Source: Waterburya sp.
GTDB taxonomy: Bacteria > Cyanobacteriota > Cyanobacteriia > Cyanobacteriales > Xenococcaceae
NCBI GenBank assembly: GCA_965217895.1
Contig: CBDCJV010000001.1
Span: 1 to 64,000, forward strand
DNA: 64,000 nucleotides
Direction of reading: 5' to 3'
Part shown: positions 52,401 to 64,000 of the stretch, piece by piece
How the letters are laid out: each line of letters opens with the position of its first letter
How positions within the stretch are numbered: the stretch's first letter is position 1
The notes under the pieces: model-generated
Database searches by the model: none
Told to the model about the DNA's origin: nothing
Seen by the model: the letters and a program-made list of their open reading frames with translations, nothing else
Program-made: the position numbers and the translations under genes

Positions 52401-53207
52401 ATGATTTACGATCAACAGACTGCCAGTCAAACAGAGACGGTTTTACAGGCAGAAAATGTAAATGTATACTACGGTAATTTTTTAGCCGTCAAGGGTATTT
52501 ATTTAAATATTCCCAAAAATCGAGTTACTGCTTTTATTGGTCCTTCTGGATGTGGTAAAAGTACGTTGTTACGCTGTTACAATCGCCTCAATGATTTAAT
52601 TCCTATTTTTCGCCTAGAAGGTTTAATCACCTATTACAATCAAAACCTATATGGCAAAGATATCGATCCCGTGCAGGTGCGACGCAAGGTAGGAATGGTT
52701 TTTCAAAGACCAAACCCTTTTCCAAAATCAATTTATGACAACATTGCTTTTGGAGCTAAAATTAATGGCTACAAAGGTGATATGGATGAGCTGGTAGAAA
52801 AGTCTCTTAGAAGCGCAGCACTTTGGGATGAGGTAAAAGATAAGCTCAGACAAAGTGGTTTGGCTCTTAGTGGTGGACAACAGCAAAGATTGTGTATTGC
52901 CAGAGCCATTGCCCTGAAGCCTGATATCGTTTTGATGGATGAACCCTGTTCTGCCCTAGATCCTATTTCTACCTTAAAAGTAGAAGAGTTAATTCATCGC
53001 TTGAAAGAGGACTACACAATTGTTATCGTTACTCACAATATGCAGCAGGCATCAAGAGTAGCAGATTATACAGGATTTTTTAATGTTACTGAAGTTGAAG
53101 GGGGAAATCGCCAGGGCTATCTAGCAGAATTTGCGCCCACAGAGCAAATTTTCCAAAATCCTCAAGAAGAAGCAACTCAACAATATGTGAGCGGTCGTTT
53201 TGGTTGA
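52401..53207 (+). CDS. pstB: Phosphate ABC transporter ATP-binding protein
   Basis: [46 protein letters not shown]. Confidence 0.96.
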   Translation: MIYDQQTASQTETVLQAENVNVYYGNFLAVKGIYLNIPKNRVTAFIGPSGCGKSTLLRCYNRLNDLIPIFRLEGLITYYNQNLYGKDIDPVQVRRKVGMVFQRPNPFPKSIYDNIAFGAKINGYKGDMDELVEKSLRSAALWDEVKDKLRQSGLALSGGQQQRLCIARAIALKPDIVLMDEPCSALDPISTLKVEELIHRLKEDYTIVIVTHNMQQASRVADYTGFFNVTEVEGGNRQGYLAEFAPTEQIFQNPQEEATQQYVSGRFG

Positions 53208-53296
53208 TTTTTAGCAGATAACTTACTTGAGAAAGACGAGGTGGGGTCGATTTCTTGATAATATTAAGTTCAACCTGGGATCGTTAAAATAAAATT

Positions 53297-53701
53297 ATGT
53301 TTTCTAAAAAATACTTATCTCGTATACTTGCTCTAGTTCTAGTAGTTGCTATTGGCTTGGTCGGCTGTGCTTCTAACCCCTCTGGATTGTCGGGAAACTT
53401 TACTGAAGATACTGTGGCAGTGTTAGATAATCTGCGGACGGCAATAGATCTTCCAGAAGATGCTTCTAACAAAAAAGAAGTAGTTAGCCTCGCCCGCGCG
53501 CAAATCAGTGATTATGTTTCTCGCTATCGTCGTAATTCTAAGACTTCGGGATTGCGCTCTTTTACTACTATGCAAACCGCATCAAATGCGATCGCTGGTT
53601 ATTATAGTTCTTACGGCAATCGTCCCGTACCAGACAAGCTGAAAAAACGTCTAACCCAAGAGTTTAGACAAGTAGAAATTTCTTTAAAACGAGGCGTATA
53701 A
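53297..53701 (+). CDS. psb27: Photosystem II assembly lipoprotein Psb27
   Basis: Lipobox LVGC; YVSRYRR, SFTTMQTA, GNRPVPDKLKKRL. Confidence 0.93.
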   Translation: MFSKKYLSRILALVLVVAIGLVGCASNPSGLSGNFTEDTVAVLDNLRTAIDLPEDASNKKEVVSLARAQISDYVSRYRRNSKTSGLRSFTTMQTASNAIAGYYSSYGNRPVPDKLKKRLTQEFRQVEISLKRGV

Positions 53702-53726
53702 GCTTCTATTGATCGTAACTATTTTT

Positions 53727-53759
53727 CTCCTGAACACAACTGTTTAGGAGTTTTTTTTT
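53727..53759 (+). terminator. Rho-independent terminator after psb27
   Basis: CTCCTGAACA-CAAC-TGTTTAGGAG stem followed by T9. Confidence 0.8.
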
Positions 53760-53811
53760 AGACTTTTTCATTAATCTAGGACTTACGCAGTTTAACGAGT
53801 TTTGCCCCCCT

Positions 53812-54408
53812 AGCCCCCAATCTAATAAAGCCCAGTATTTGCGCGATCGCTTTACAGAAGTTAATCTTAATCTCAATGTCTTAGATCTCAATCAAGGAAA
53901 TTTTAGTCGTCTAACTCTATCTCGGCAAATTCAACAAACTATTGCTGCTTTTCCAGATTCTCGAACACCTATTACTTTAATTGGTTCTAGCTTTGGTGGC
54001 TTAACGGCTGCCTGGGTTGCTCAACAGCAACAGGTAGAGAAAATAATTTTATTAGCACCTGCCTTTGGTTTCCCTCAAAGTTGGTATGTAAAGTTAAAAC
54101 CTGAGCAAATAGAACAATGGAGCGAATCAGATGCCTTGCCAATATATCATTACGGAGAAGGTAAACAAATTTCCTTGCACTATCAATTTTTACAAGATGC
54201 AGATAACTATCCTCTATCGGGATTAAAGAGATCCCTTTCGACTTTAGTCATTCACGGTATTCATGATGATGTTGTGCCGATTCAAGTTAGCCGTGACTAT
54301 GCAAGCAAGCATTCTCAGGTAAAGCTGATTGAACTAAATAGCGATCATGGTTTGAATGATGTCAAAGAAAGAATTTGGCAGGAAATTAGAGAGATGATTA
54401 ATGTTTAA
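53812..54408 (+). pseudogene. YqiA/YcfP-family alpha/beta hydrolase lacking its N-terminus
   Basis: GSSFGG nucleophile motif, HGIHDDVVP, DHGL; the frame reads SPQSNKAQYLRDRF but the upstream HGF motif and start are replaced by a repeat element. Confidence 0.6.
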
Positions 54409-56660
54409 CGAATTTGGCAGACTGATGGTTGTGTTGTCATGGTAGTTTCTGCTGGAGAAATCAGTTCGATATTTCCCTTAGCATTCACTATCCAGGTATG
54501 AGCTTCTGTTAAAGGCTGATAGTCAGCATTCTCTTTCTGGCTGGCGTTATGCTTATTGTCTCGATCTGTATTTGCGTCTGTCGATTTATTAGAAGTTTTG
54601 TCTAAATCAGTTAAGATTTCTAGATTACTTGTTTCTTGCAGCAAATTATCAGGAACACCACCACGTCCAATATTACGAAATTGATTTTGACTAAAGCCTT
54701 CTTCCTTACCGCAGCCTCTGTAAATATAATTGTCTGCTACCAAAGAAGCTTGCTTTCTAAATTGCGTTTGAAGTCTAGAGTTTAAATTTAAAGTAATAAT
54801 TTCCACAACTCCTTTTTTCTTGTTGTCTTCGGAGTTAGCAGTAACGCTACTATCGTTATCCGCCAAAAATGATTGAGCATCGATGGTAATTTTGCCACCG
54901 CTTCCCTGTTGAGCATCAGCACTAAATTGACTGGACTTTAGCAAAACCAAATTACCTGTTTCTACGTTTATTTTGCCGCCATCACCATTATTTTTAGCTG
55001 TTGTCGAGATAGCACTTTGATTGTCTAAAATAACTGACTTTTCTGCCATGATGCTGATCGAACCACCATTTCCAGATATAGTATTAGCGATAATTTTGCC
55101 TTGAGTATCTAAATTTAGATTTGAGGTAGTAATTAAAATATCTCCCGCATTAGCAAGACCAAAATTGCTAACGGACATTTGCCCTTCTTTTTCTATTTTT
55201 AAGCTAGGAGTATTAATAATTAAAGATCCGCTTGCAGCTTGGGGTTGCCGTACTGGAGGTAAACCTTCAATACCTGAAGAGGCAGAAAAACCACTAGATA
55301 ATTTAGTTTCAGTTGGCTGCCCTGTCATACTATTTTGCGATCGCAAAACTCCTGTACCAGAAATATCGATGGCTTTACTAGCATTAACTGTAATCGTTCC
55401 CCCTGCTCCTTTTCCGCCCAAAGCCTGAATTTGTCCCCCATCTTTGACAGTTAGTCGGGCAGTATTGATTGCTATTCCGCCTCCATTTCCTTGTCCTTGA
55501 GTCGAAGTACTGATGATGGAAGGATTTTTATCTGCTTCACTTTTTAACTCCACCATATCTTCAGCGTCAATAGTAATATTTCCACCTGGATACTTGCTAA
55601 AAGTAGCAGCAGAAATTAGTGAACCATTTTTGACTGAGATTTGAGGTGCTACCAGAAAAATATCACCTCCTCCACCAACTTGTTGTTCTAGATCGGAACT
55701 CTGTCGCAATACCTGAGACAGCAGAGAACTACCATCTAAGTTAATTGATTCGGTTGCTTTAAGATCGATCGTGCTTCTTGCTGCGTTAATACTCGTAACA
55801 TTAATGATTCCTGAGCCTGTAGCCAAATTAATTTTATTACCTTGAAACTTAACTGCACCACTCTTGTTAATAACTAAAGCTCCATTAGTCAGGTTGATAT
55901 TACCGAACTGGTTGAGTTCATATTGGAATTGCCAACCGCTATTATCTGGTTTGAAATTAACGCTGCCAGACTTGATACTACCAATTTCAATATTGCTTTG
56001 AATACCATTGAGACTATTTCTCGTAATGGACACATCTCCGCCTAGTAAAGCTAGAGTGTTGCCTGGCTTGACATTTAAGCCACTAGAATTGCTAGATACT
56101 CGACTATTATTGGGCAGTATTGCTATTTCTCCAGGGTTTTGACCATACTGTAAGCCGATAGGCGAAGTGATGGTTAATAAAGGAGTATTCTGGGGATTGG
56201 TGGCAGCAAATTCCGTACCATCTGCAAATATAAAGCGATCGCCAGTACTAGCAATAAAAGATCCGCCAATATCTAGCTGAGCGTTTGCACCAAATATAAT
56301 TCCCGCAGGATTGAGCAAAAATAAACTGGCATTACCCTGAGTTTGAATTAAACCATCAATCTCAGAAATTGTTCCCCCAGTAACACGACTAAAAATATTT
56401 TTAACATCTAAACCGTTAGCAAAATTTGCGATCGCGCCTGTTGCCAAGGAAAACTCTTTAAAGCTATGGAAAAGGTTTGAACCATTTTGGATACCTCCTT
56501 CAATTAGAGAAGTACCATCAATTACCTGGACTTGAGTATTAGTCGTTTGATCGCTGGTTATCTGCGCTTGAGCATTACTATCACTAAACATCAGGGTTAG
56601 GGTAGCAAGAGTCGTCAGACCGACTGTAGATTTATAGCCACCAAAATTAGTAGATAGCAT
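54405..56660 (-). CDS. Filamentous haemagglutinin N-terminal domain (TpsA-like) exoprotein
   Basis: Signal peptide, NLFHSF, LLNPAGIIFG, Gly-rich beta-helix repeats. Confidence 0.9.
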   Translation of the reverse strand: MLSTNFGGYKSTVGLTTLATLTLMFSDSNAQAQITSDQTTNTQVQVIDGTSLIEGGIQNGSNLFHSFKEFSLATGAIANFANGLDVKNIFSRVTGGTISEIDGLIQTQGNASLFLLNPAGIIFGANAQLDIGGSFIASTGDRFIFADGTEFAATNPQNTPLLTITSPIGLQYGQNPGEIAILPNNSRVSSNSSGLNVKPGNTLALLGGDVSITRNSLNGIQSNIEIGSIKSGSVNFKPDNSGWQFQYELNQFGNINLTNGALVINKSGAVKFQGNKINLATGSGIINVTSINAARSTIDLKATESINLDGSSLLSQVLRQSSDLEQQVGGGGDIFLVAPQISVKNGSLISAATFSKYPGGNITIDAEDMVELKSEADKNPSIISTSTQGQGNGGGIAINTARLTVKDGGQIQALGGKGAGGTITVNASKAIDISGTGVLRSQNSMTGQPTETKLSSGFSASSGIEGLPPVRQPQAASGSLIINTPSLKIEKEGQMSVSNFGLANAGDILITTSNLNLDTQGKIIANTISGNGGSISIMAEKSVILDNQSAISTTAKNNGDGGKINVETGNLVLLKSSQFSADAQQGSGGKITIDAQSFLADNDSSVTANSEDNKKKGVVEIITLNLNSRLQTQFRKQASLVADNYIYRGCGKEEGFSQNQFRNIGRGGVPDNLLQETSNLEILTDLDKTSNKSTDANTDRDNKHNASQKENADYQPLTEAHTWIVNAKGNIELISPAETTMTTQPSVCQIR

Positions 56661-56723
56661 GGCAGGGATTTAAGAGAACTAACGCAATATTAACTTACGT
56701 AACATAGGACAGCCACTAGTAAT

Positions 56724-56779
56724 CAATGAACAATGAACAATAAACAATAAACAATAAACAATGAACAATAAACAATGAC
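56724..56779. repeat. Heptamer tandem repeat (CAATRAA)8
   Basis: Eight units CAATGAA/CAATAAA, the last CAATGAC. Confidence 0.9.
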
Positions 56780-56859
56780 CTGTAATTTGCTTAACAAAAG
56801 TACAAAATCTTTGAGAATTAAGTAAACTCATATACAAGTAGTCTGTTATTTTCAACTTA

Positions 56860-58002
56860 ATGCAACTTAGTTCCAATCAAACTTCATCATTTCCTAAAGC
56901 TTTGCAGCTTATCGCCCCTTTTTTCCTGTGGGGAACAGCAATGGTAGCCATGAAAGGAGTAATTCCTTACACCACCCCCTTTTTTATGGCAGGAGTGCGA
57001 TTAGTACCTGCGGGAGTTTTGGTGCTAGTGGTAGCAATAATTATGAAATTGCCTCAACCTAAAACTTGGCAGGCTTGGCTTTGGATTTTGGCTTTTGCTG
57101 TAGTTGACGGCGCGATGTTTCAAGGCTTTTTGGCTCAGGGAATTGTCAAAACTGGGGCAGGTTTGGGTTCGGTGATGATTGATTCCCAGCCTTTAGCGGT
57201 TGCACTTATGTCTAGCTGGTTATTTGGGGAAGTGATTGGCTTGTGGGGTTGGCTGGGATTAAGTTTAGGAGTATTGGGTATTAGTTTAATTGGTTTACCC
57301 GATCGCTGGATTTATAGTCTGGCTGCAGGAGATTTGACTGGGATAAATCTTGACTGGCTTGGCTTGTTTGACAACGGTGAATGGCTTATGTTGCTTGCCT
57401 CATTATCGATGGCGGTAGGGACGGTAATGATCCCTTATATTAGTCGTCATAGCGATCCTGTAGTTGCCACAGGCTGGCACATGATTATTGGTGGCTTGCC
57501 TTTATTTGGTTTGTCCTGGCTACAGGAATCTCAGCAGTGGAACAATTTGACTGTCGAAGGCTGGTTAGCGTTGGGATATGCAACGGTTTTTGGTAGCGCG
57601 ATCGCTTATGGAATCTTTTTTTATCTAGCATCTAAAGGCAATTTAACGAGCCTTAGTGCTTTGACTTTTCTGACTCCTATTTTTGCCTTACTGTTTGGCA
57701 CAATTATTCTTTCAGAAGTATTAACTAATCTTCAGTCTCTGGGAGTGGCATTAACCATAGTCAGTATCTATTTAATTAATCAACGGGATAAAATAGCAGC
57801 TAGGTTTAAAGCCGATAATGCTGAACCAGAAGAGACAATTCCAGCAGTAGCTATGGATGCTCTAGAAAAACAAGCATCGAACTTGAGCCAGTCAGAGTCA
57901 AAAATAACTAATTCTGCCCAGAAAAATGCCGAAGAAATTATTACTAAAAGAAATGAAGTTAAACAGCAAATTGACCTGGAACTTAAAGAAAGAGAGGTAT
58001 AA
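56860..58002 (+). CDS. EamA/DMT family transporter
   Basis: PFFLWGTAMVAMK, IDSQPL, two EamA halves. Confidence 0.9.
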   Translation: MQLSSNQTSSFPKALQLIAPFFLWGTAMVAMKGVIPYTTPFFMAGVRLVPAGVLVLVVAIIMKLPQPKTWQAWLWILAFAVVDGAMFQGFLAQGIVKTGAGLGSVMIDSQPLAVALMSSWLFGEVIGLWGWLGLSLGVLGISLIGLPDRWIYSLAAGDLTGINLDWLGLFDNGEWLMLLASLSMAVGTVMIPYISRHSDPVVATGWHMIIGGLPLFGLSWLQESQQWNNLTVEGWLALGYATVFGSAIAYGIFFYLASKGNLTSLSALTFLTPIFALLFGTIILSEVLTNLQSLGVALTIVSIYLINQRDKIAARFKADNAEPEETIPAVAMDALEKQASNLSQSESKITNSAQKNAEEIITKRNEVKQQIDLELKEREV

Positions 58003-58233
58003 AACCGAATAAGCAAGATTTTATTCCCTACTTTTTACTTTTTACTTTTTACTAAGACTATCCTCTAATTAATTTTATCCACCTACTTACAGTCACCTTA
58101 AAATAACTTAAATTATAGACATAAAAATTATAATCTGCTTACTCTCCTGAGATATATAGGTTTGAATAATTCAGATAGTGTTAGGATCTACCCACGAGAA
58201 AAAGAAGCGAAAAAATAAGGAAAATATAAGTTG

Positions 58234-60384
58234 ATGCAGGAATTTGACAAGTCAATATCCTTTGATGGTCGAGATATCCGACTCAAAGTAGGCTTGCTCG
58301 CACCACAAGCTGGCGGTTCAGTGTTAGTGCAGTCAGGAGATACAACAGTTTTGGTTGCTGCTACTAGAGCAAAAGGTAGAGAGGGAATTGATTTTTTACC
58401 TTTAATGGTAGATTATGAAGAGCGACAGTACGCAGCAGGTCGCATTCCTGGAGGCTTTTTTAGAAGAGAAGGTAGACCAGGAGAGAGAGCTATTTTAACC
58501 AGCAGATTAATTGATCGCCCGATGCGCCCTTTATTTCCTGGTTGGCTGAGGGATGATATTCAAATTGTTGCCACTACTTTATCAATGGACGAAGATGTTC
58601 CCCCAGATATTTTGGCAGTAACAGGGGCTTCGGTGGCAGTTTTACTGGCAGAAATTCCTTTTTATGGTCCGATGGCAGCGGTAAGAGTCGGTTTGGTGGG
58701 CGATGATTTTATTCTTAATCCTACTTATAAAGAGATTAAAAAAGGCGATCTAGATATTGTCGTGGCAGGAAGCCCTGACGGGATTGTGATGGTAGAGGCA
58801 GGAGCAAATCAACTACCAGAACAAGATGTGATTGAGGCAATTGATTTTGCCTATGAAGCAATCCAAGAGTTGATTCAGGCACAACGAGATCTAATTAAAG
58901 AATTGGGGATTGAAATTGCTACTGCCCAGCCTCCTGAAGAAGATCAAAGCCTAATTAACTTTATTAGCGATCGCGTCACTGCTGACATCAAAAAAATTCT
59001 TTCTCAGTATGACTTTGATAAAAAAGCTCGTGATGAGGCTTTAGACGAAATCAAGCAAGCCAAGATTGCAGATGCGATCGCCGAATTACCAGCAGACGAA
59101 CCAATTGCTATTGCCACTAACGAAGATTCTAAAGCGATCGATAAGGCATTTAAAAAGCTAACTAAAAAGCTGATGCGGAGTCAAATCCTCGAAGAAGGCG
59201 TTAGAGTTGATGGACGTAAGCTAGATCAGGTTAGACCCATTACCTCCAGAGCAGGGGTACTACCCAATCGAGTTCATGGTAGCGGCTTGTTTAGAAGAGG
59301 CTTAACTCAGGTACTCTCTATTGCTACTTTAGGTACTTCAGGAGATGCCCAAGATACCAGAGACGATCTGAATCCGCAAGACGAGAAGCGTTATCTGCAT
59401 CATTACAATTTTCCAGCCTACTCTGTAGGTGAAACCCGTCCCATGCGATCGCCTGGACGTAGAGAAATCGGTCATGGTGCGCTAGCAGAAAGAGCTTTGA
59501 TTCCTGTACTGCCTACTGTAGAAGAATTTCCTTACGTGCTGCGAGTAGTCTCAGAAGTACTTTCTTCTAATGGTTCAACCTCTATGGGTTCAGTCTGTGG
59601 TTCAACCCTTTCTCTGATGGATGCGGGAGTTCCTCTAGCCAAGCCTGTTAGTGGTGCAGCGATGGGTTTAATCAAAGAAGGAGATGAGGTCAGAATATTA
59701 ACAGATATTCAGGGGATTGAAGACTTCTTAGGCGATATGGACTTCAAGGTTGCAGGGACGGATGTAGGTATTACTGCCTTGCAGATGGACATGAAAATCA
59801 CTGGTCTATCTGTGGAGATAATAGCAGAAGCCATCAGAAAAGCTCAACCAGCACGCATACATATCCTCGAAGAGATGTTAAAAGCGATCGCCGAACCCCG
59901 CAAGGAACTATCTCCTTATGCACCGAGACTCTTAACCATGAAGATCGATCCTGACCTAATTGGCATGGTAATTGGACCTTCAGGCAAAACTATTAAGGCT
60001 ATTACCGAGCAAACTGGAGCAAAAATTGACATTGAAGACGATGGCAAAGTCATTATCGCTGCGGTTGAAGGCGAAAAAGCCGAAATGGCGCGGAAAATGG
60101 TTTTCAATATTACCCGTAAACTGAATGAAGGAGATGTTTACGTTGGCAAAGTTACCAGAATCATCGATATTGGTGCTTTTGTTGAAATATTGCCAGGAAA
60201 AGAAGGCATGATCCATATTTCCCAGCTAGCCGAAGGCAGAGTAGGAAAAGTAGATGATGAAGTGGCAGTAGGCGACGAAATTGTAGTTAAAATACGTGGC
60301 TTTGACCAGAAAAATCGCCTTAATTTAACTAGACTTGGTATTCACCCCGACGAAGCAGCCCAAGCTAGAGCAGAAGCAGAGTAG
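58234..60384 (+). CDS. pnp: Polyribonucleotide nucleotidyltransferase
   Basis: [32 protein letters not shown] and S1 domains. Confidence 0.97.
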   Translation: MQEFDKSISFDGRDIRLKVGLLAPQAGGSVLVQSGDTTVLVAATRAKGREGIDFLPLMVDYEERQYAAGRIPGGFFRREGRPGERAILTSRLIDRPMRPLFPGWLRDDIQIVATTLSMDEDVPPDILAVTGASVAVLLAEIPFYGPMAAVRVGLVGDDFILNPTYKEIKKGDLDIVVAGSPDGIVMVEAGANQLPEQDVIEAIDFAYEAIQELIQAQRDLIKELGIEIATAQPPEEDQSLINFISDRVTADIKKILSQYDFDKKARDEALDEIKQAKIADAIAELPADEPIAIATNEDSKAIDKAFKKLTKKLMRSQILEEGVRVDGRKLDQVRPITSRAGVLPNRVHGSGLFRRGLTQVLSIATLGTSGDAQDTRDDLNPQDEKRYLHHYNFPAYSVGETRPMRSPGRREIGHGALAERALIPVLPTVEEFPYVLRVVSEVLSSNGSTSMGSVCGSTLSLMDAGVPLAKPVSGAAMGLIKEGDEVRILTDIQGIEDFLGDMDFKVAGTDVGITALQMDMKITGLSVEIIAEAIRKAQPARIHILEEMLKAIAEPRKELSPYAPRLLTMKIDPDLIGMVIGPSGKTIKAITEQTGAKIDIEDDGKVIIAAVEGEKAEMARKMVFNITRKLNEGDVYVGKVTRIIDIGAFVEILPGKEGMIHISQLAEGRVGKVDDEVAVGDEIVVKIRGFDQKNRLNLTRLGIHPDEAAQARAEAE

Positions 60385-60387
60385 GAA

Positions 60388-60422
60388 GGGATGAGGGATG
60401 AGGGATGAGGGATGAGGGATAA
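60388..60422. repeat. Heptamer tandem repeat (GGGATGA)5
   Basis: Directly after the pnp stop codon. Confidence 0.9.
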
Positions 60423-60462
60423 GGAACTACGTAGGTTGCCTATTGAATTGTTTCTTCCACCC

Positions 60463-60760
60463 TTATCCTTGCATAACGTGAGTTCGACAGAAAATTTTGA
60501 TTATCTCGATCTTTTGTTGAACTACTTTTAAAATGGTTTTATCTTGGCTGGCGACTGTTTTGATGCCGATTATATTTGCTACGATCCGCGAGACTTCAGC
60601 GGGAGTATAAAATTGCCCTTTACTTTTCCTAGACTCCGTAGCAAAGTGACGCATTAGAATTCATAAGCATCTCATAAATATCGTTTTCATCAGCACAGTT
60701 TTTGCTGAAATTAAGTTCAGGTCTATTTTAAAGATCGCTACTAGGTTAATGTCAGTTTAA
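60463..60760 (-). pseudogene. Type I restriction-modification HsdM fragment
   Basis: LMRHFATES..SKGQFYTPAEVSRI; frameshifted upstream remnants PELNFSKN and DAYEF. Confidence 0.75.
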
Positions 60761-61021
60761 ACTTGGATTAGGTGACAATATTTGCACTAAAAATGAGAAT
60801 TACGTTAAATTTAGTTAAGCTAGAGGTAACATAAAGAAAAGAAACTTGACATAAAAGCTGGTATCACACATTGAAATACAGAAAGTAGCATATGCTTTTA
60901 ATCTAGTTTGACGTTCATTAAGGTTTGCCATGTCAATGATGAAAAAAGCTTTTCGCAAGTCAAGACGTGAAATTGCAAAGAAATAATCTTAAAAATATTC
61001 AATTTAGAACATTACGTACTT

Positions 61022-62920
61022 ATGAAGAATTTTTCGTGGAGAATTGTATTACTTTGGACATTACCTTTATTGGTAGTCGGATTTTTCCTTTGGCAGGGAA
61101 CTTTTTCCGCACCAACTGCTAGCAGTGGCTTAAATGGTAATACTGCTAACACTCGTATGACCTATGGACGATTCTTAGACTATCTCAACTCAGGACGTGT
61201 TTCTTCGGTAGAGCTATATGAAAACGGGAGAACGGCAATTGTCGATGCGATTGACCCAGAACTTGACAACCGCATCCAAAAGCTAAGAGTTGATTTGCCA
61301 GCCAATTCACCTGAACTCATTACCAAGTTGCGCGATGCAGATATTAACTTCGATTACCATCCGACTGGTAATGAAGGTGCAGTTTGGGGACTTTTAGGTA
61401 ATCTTTTGTTTCCAATAATTTTAATTGGAGCCTTGTTTTTCTTGTTCCGTCGTTCCAACAGTATGCCAGGCGGACCTGGACAAGCGATGAACTTTGGCAA
61501 ATCTAAAGCTAAGTTCCAAATGGAAGCCAAAACAGGCATCATGTTTGATGATGTTGCTGGTATTGACGAAGCCAAAGAAGAACTGCAAGAAGTAGTTACT
61601 TTCTTAAAACAGCCCGAAAGATTTACCGCAGTTGGGGCAAAAATTCCTAAAGGAGTATTGTTAATTGGTCCTCCTGGAACTGGTAAAACTCTTTTAGCCA
61701 AAGCGATCGCTGGTGAAGCCTCTGTTCCTTTCTTCAGCATCTCTGGTTCTGAATTTGTGGAAATGTTTGTCGGCGTTGGTGCCTCTCGCGTGCGTGACCT
61801 ATTTAAAAAAGCCAAAGAAAACGCTCCGTGTCTTATCTTTATTGATGAGATTGATGCAGTAGGTCGTCAGCGGGGTGCTGGCATTGGTGGCGGTAACGAT
61901 GAAAGAGAACAAACTCTTAACCAACTGCTAACGGAGATGGACGGTTTTGAGGGTAATACTGGTATTATTATCATCGCTGCAACTAACCGTGCTGATGTCT
62001 TAGATTCTGCCTTAATGCGTCCTGGTCGTTTTGACCGTCAGGTAATGGTAGATAATCCCGATATTAAAGGTCGTCTAGAAATCTTAGAAGTTCACGCTCG
62101 TAATAAAAAAATTGCCCCTGAAGTTTCCTTAGATGCGATCGCTCGTCGTACTCCTGGCTTCTCTGGTGCAGACCTTGCCAACCTACTAAACGAAGCAGCC
62201 ATTTTAACTGCTAGAAGACGTAAAGAGGCTGTTACCATACTCGAAATTGATGATGCGGTAGATCGTGTTGTTGCTGGAATGGAGGGTACTCCTCTGACCG
62301 ATGGCAAAAGTAAGCGATTGATTGCTTATCATGAAATTGGTCATGCGATTGTCGGTACTCTAGTCAAAGACCATGACCCAGTACAAAAAGTAACCCTAAT
62401 CCCTCGTGGACAGGCTCAAGGTTTAACTTGGTTTACACCGAATGAAGAACAAGGCTTAATCAGTCGATCACAGCTAATGGCAAGAATTGCTGGGGCTATG
62501 GGTGGTCGTGCAGCCGAAGAAGAAATCTTTGGTAACGATGAAGTAACTACTGGTGCTGGTGGTGATTTGCAGCAGGTGTCAGAAATGGCAAGACAAATGG
62601 TTACTATCTACGGCATGAGTGACCTTGGCCCTGTAGCATTGGGTGGACAACAAGGTGGTGAAGTATTCCTGGGTGCTGGTCTAACTTCCCGTGCGGAATA
62701 CTCCGAAGAAGTCGCATCTCGTATTGATGCTCAAGTACGTCAAATTGCTGAACGTGGTCATCAGCTAGCGCGTAAAATCGTTAGAGAAAACCGTGAGGTG
62801 ATTGATCGTCTGGTTGATTTACTGATTGAGAAAGAAACTATTGATGGCGAAGAATTAAAGCAAATTGTTTCTGAATATGCTGAAGTACCTGATAAGGAAA
62901 GATTTGTACCTCAAATCTAA
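61022..62920 (+). CDS. ftsH2: ATP-dependent zinc metalloprotease FtsH (FtsH2 type)
   Basis: [41 protein letters not shown]. Confidence 0.93.
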   Translation: MKNFSWRIVLLWTLPLLVVGFFLWQGTFSAPTASSGLNGNTANTRMTYGRFLDYLNSGRVSSVELYENGRTAIVDAIDPELDNRIQKLRVDLPANSPELITKLRDADINFDYHPTGNEGAVWGLLGNLLFPIILIGALFFLFRRSNSMPGGPGQAMNFGKSKAKFQMEAKTGIMFDDVAGIDEAKEELQEVVTFLKQPERFTAVGAKIPKGVLLIGPPGTGKTLLAKAIAGEASVPFFSISGSEFVEMFVGVGASRVRDLFKKAKENAPCLIFIDEIDAVGRQRGAGIGGGNDEREQTLNQLLTEMDGFEGNTGIIIIAATNRADVLDSALMRPGRFDRQVMVDNPDIKGRLEILEVHARNKKIAPEVSLDAIARRTPGFSGADLANLLNEAAILTARRRKEAVTILEIDDAVDRVVAGMEGTPLTDGKSKRLIAYHEIGHAIVGTLVKDHDPVQKVTLIPRGQAQGLTWFTPNEEQGLISRSQLMARIAGAMGGRAAEEEIFGNDEVTTGAGGDLQQVSEMARQMVTIYGMSDLGPVALGGQQGGEVFLGAGLTSRAEYSEEVASRIDAQVRQIAERGHQLARKIVRENREVIDRLVDLLIEKETIDGEELKQIVSEYAEVPDKERFVPQI

Positions 62921-62949
62921 TTTCACTTGATTCTGAATCAACAACTTTA

Positions 62950-62977
62950 GGGATAGTCTACGGGCTATCTTTTTTTT
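62950..62977 (+). terminator. Rho-independent terminator after ftsH
   Basis: GATAGTC-TACG-GGCTATC stem (cUACGg loop) followed by a T run. Confidence 0.75.
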
Positions 62978-63060
62978 GTTTTTCAAAAATCTTGAGGCGG
63001 ATAAGCATTACCTATCAACTAAAGCCAAATTGACTATTGAGCGATCGCTCTCTACCAAAA

Positions 63061-63148
63061 GTTATGCAGCTCAGTCTTTGCAAGCTGAAATGCTTGGGTT
63101 TTCCAAGCATTTCAGCTTATGGTAGGGGTTTCTCCCATGAGTAACTGC
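63061..63148. repeat. Dispersed repeat with a nested 16-bp perfect hairpin
   Basis: AAGCTGAAATGCTTGG-GTTTT-CCAAGCATTTCAGCTT (63082-63118) inside an ATGCAGC...GGGGTTTCTCCCATGAG-type element. Confidence 0.6.
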
Positions 63149-63175
63149 CTTTGTGAGCGATCTCTTAAATACTTA

Positions 63176-63730
63176 CTAATTAGTTACGCTACCTACCGCA
63201 CCTTTAAGAGCAGCAATACCTTGTTCTACACTAGCCCAAAGACCCATATCAGGCTCTTGTCCAGCTAATTCTCTCGTGCCAACAAAATAAAGCACACCTT
63301 TGAGTACTTCTTGATGAGCGCGATTCTCGAAGTTGACTTTGTTTAATGGTTCTACCGCGTCTTGTAGTTCATCATCTAAAGACTGAGCAACTTTATGTAT
63401 TACTAAACCAGTCATTGTTTGCTGATGTTTTAACAATTCAAACTGGAAAAATTTATCGTATATTGTTAGTTCAGACCCATCCATCATCTGACCAACTTTT
63501 TCGGCGTGTTTTTGCGTAATATCGCGGGATTCTGCGGTGCTACCAATTTGAGCAATAGCCTTTTCAATTGAGCTTAAGTTATCGCGATCGCTTTTCAAGA
63601 TTTTTTCTAATCGTTCGCGGATGGTACTATCATCTGTAGCTGCCATTAGCTTTTGAGCGCAGTCAATAAGAACATTTTGAAATAGTTTAAGGTCTGCAAG
63701 TTTTGTTTCTAGATTTGTTTTATCAGTCAT
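63176..63730 (-). CDS. Conserved cyanobacterial ferritin-like four-helix protein
   Basis: Helical sequence with ELLKH and ENRAH (E-x-x-x-H) motifs. Confidence 0.6.
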   Translation of the reverse strand: MTDKTNLETKLADLKLFQNVLIDCAQKLMAATDDSTIRERLEKILKSDRDNLSSIEKAIAQIGSTAESRDITQKHAEKVGQMMDGSELTIYDKFFQFELLKHQQTMTGLVIHKVAQSLDDELQDAVEPLNKVNFENRAHQEVLKGVLYFVGTRELAGQEPDMGLWASVEQGIAALKGAVGSVTN

Positions 63731-63895
63731 GATTTTATAAATATTGATGTTGTTGGTTCTGGCAAGAACCAGAAATCTCTTATTTCATAATCTCGTGAGA
63801 TCTTAAAATTACCCTCCGTCTTTCGAGAGATTCAGCCAAAAACATTTATTTTCAGTCGAATCGAGTGTTCGACATAAATAGGTAAGTAAAATTAA

Positions 63896-64000
63896 TTACT
63901 GATGTTACGTACTAGTTAATCTGTGAGAACTGGAAAAAGGTTAAAGGGAACATTGTTTTGTTTTTATCGATCATTAAAACCATTGACTTCTCGCGCTCGA
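63896..64000. repeat. MITE-like element (family of 11107-11228), runs off the window edge
   Basis: TTACTGATGTTACG end and internal similarity to the reverse complement of 11107-11228. Confidence 0.55.

Noticed and set aside
56724..56779. CRISPR array (also considered at 60388-60422 and 45698-45728)
   Set aside because: Simple heptamer tandem repeats with no spacers and no cas genes

Overview
Cyanobacterial chromosomal DNA, judged from the abundant HIP1 octamer GCGATCGC, psb27, ftsH2 and heptamer tandem repeats. Left to right: the end of a surface-polysaccharide locus (1-4229); an amine/taurine nitrogen-utilisation block (TauE exporter, Usp, AgcS, Ald, class-III aminotransferase, orphan DmmA-like gene; 4334-11799); a dead IS701 carrying small hairpin insertions; and a ~26 kb candidate biosynthetic island (13670-39717). 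The core of the island is a single-component flavin enzyme resembling the Bmp5 brominase, an atypical P450 and a chorismate pyruvate-lyase. This is the triad known from bromophenol/polybrominated diphenyl ether biosynthesis. It is clustered with six of the seven shikimate-pathway genes (aroF, aroB, aroQ, aroK, aroA, aroC; no aroE), PEP synthase, a degenerate O-methyltransferase, START and cupin proteins, a TauE permease, an HlyD/ABC exporter, an HTH-NB-ARC-WD40 protein and a tandem RHH protein. To the right lie wrbA, ridA, pecM/pecS with three operator palindromes, a nest of IS1634/integrase/IS4-like debris, then mostly core genes (trpB2, ada-like, cysK, pstB, psb27, pnp, ftsH2). Intergenic DNA is full of nested MITEs, REP-like palindromes and 33-51 bp dispersed hairpin elements. 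There are no CRISPR arrays, tRNA or rRNA genes. All family assignments come from reading motifs by eye, not from database searches.
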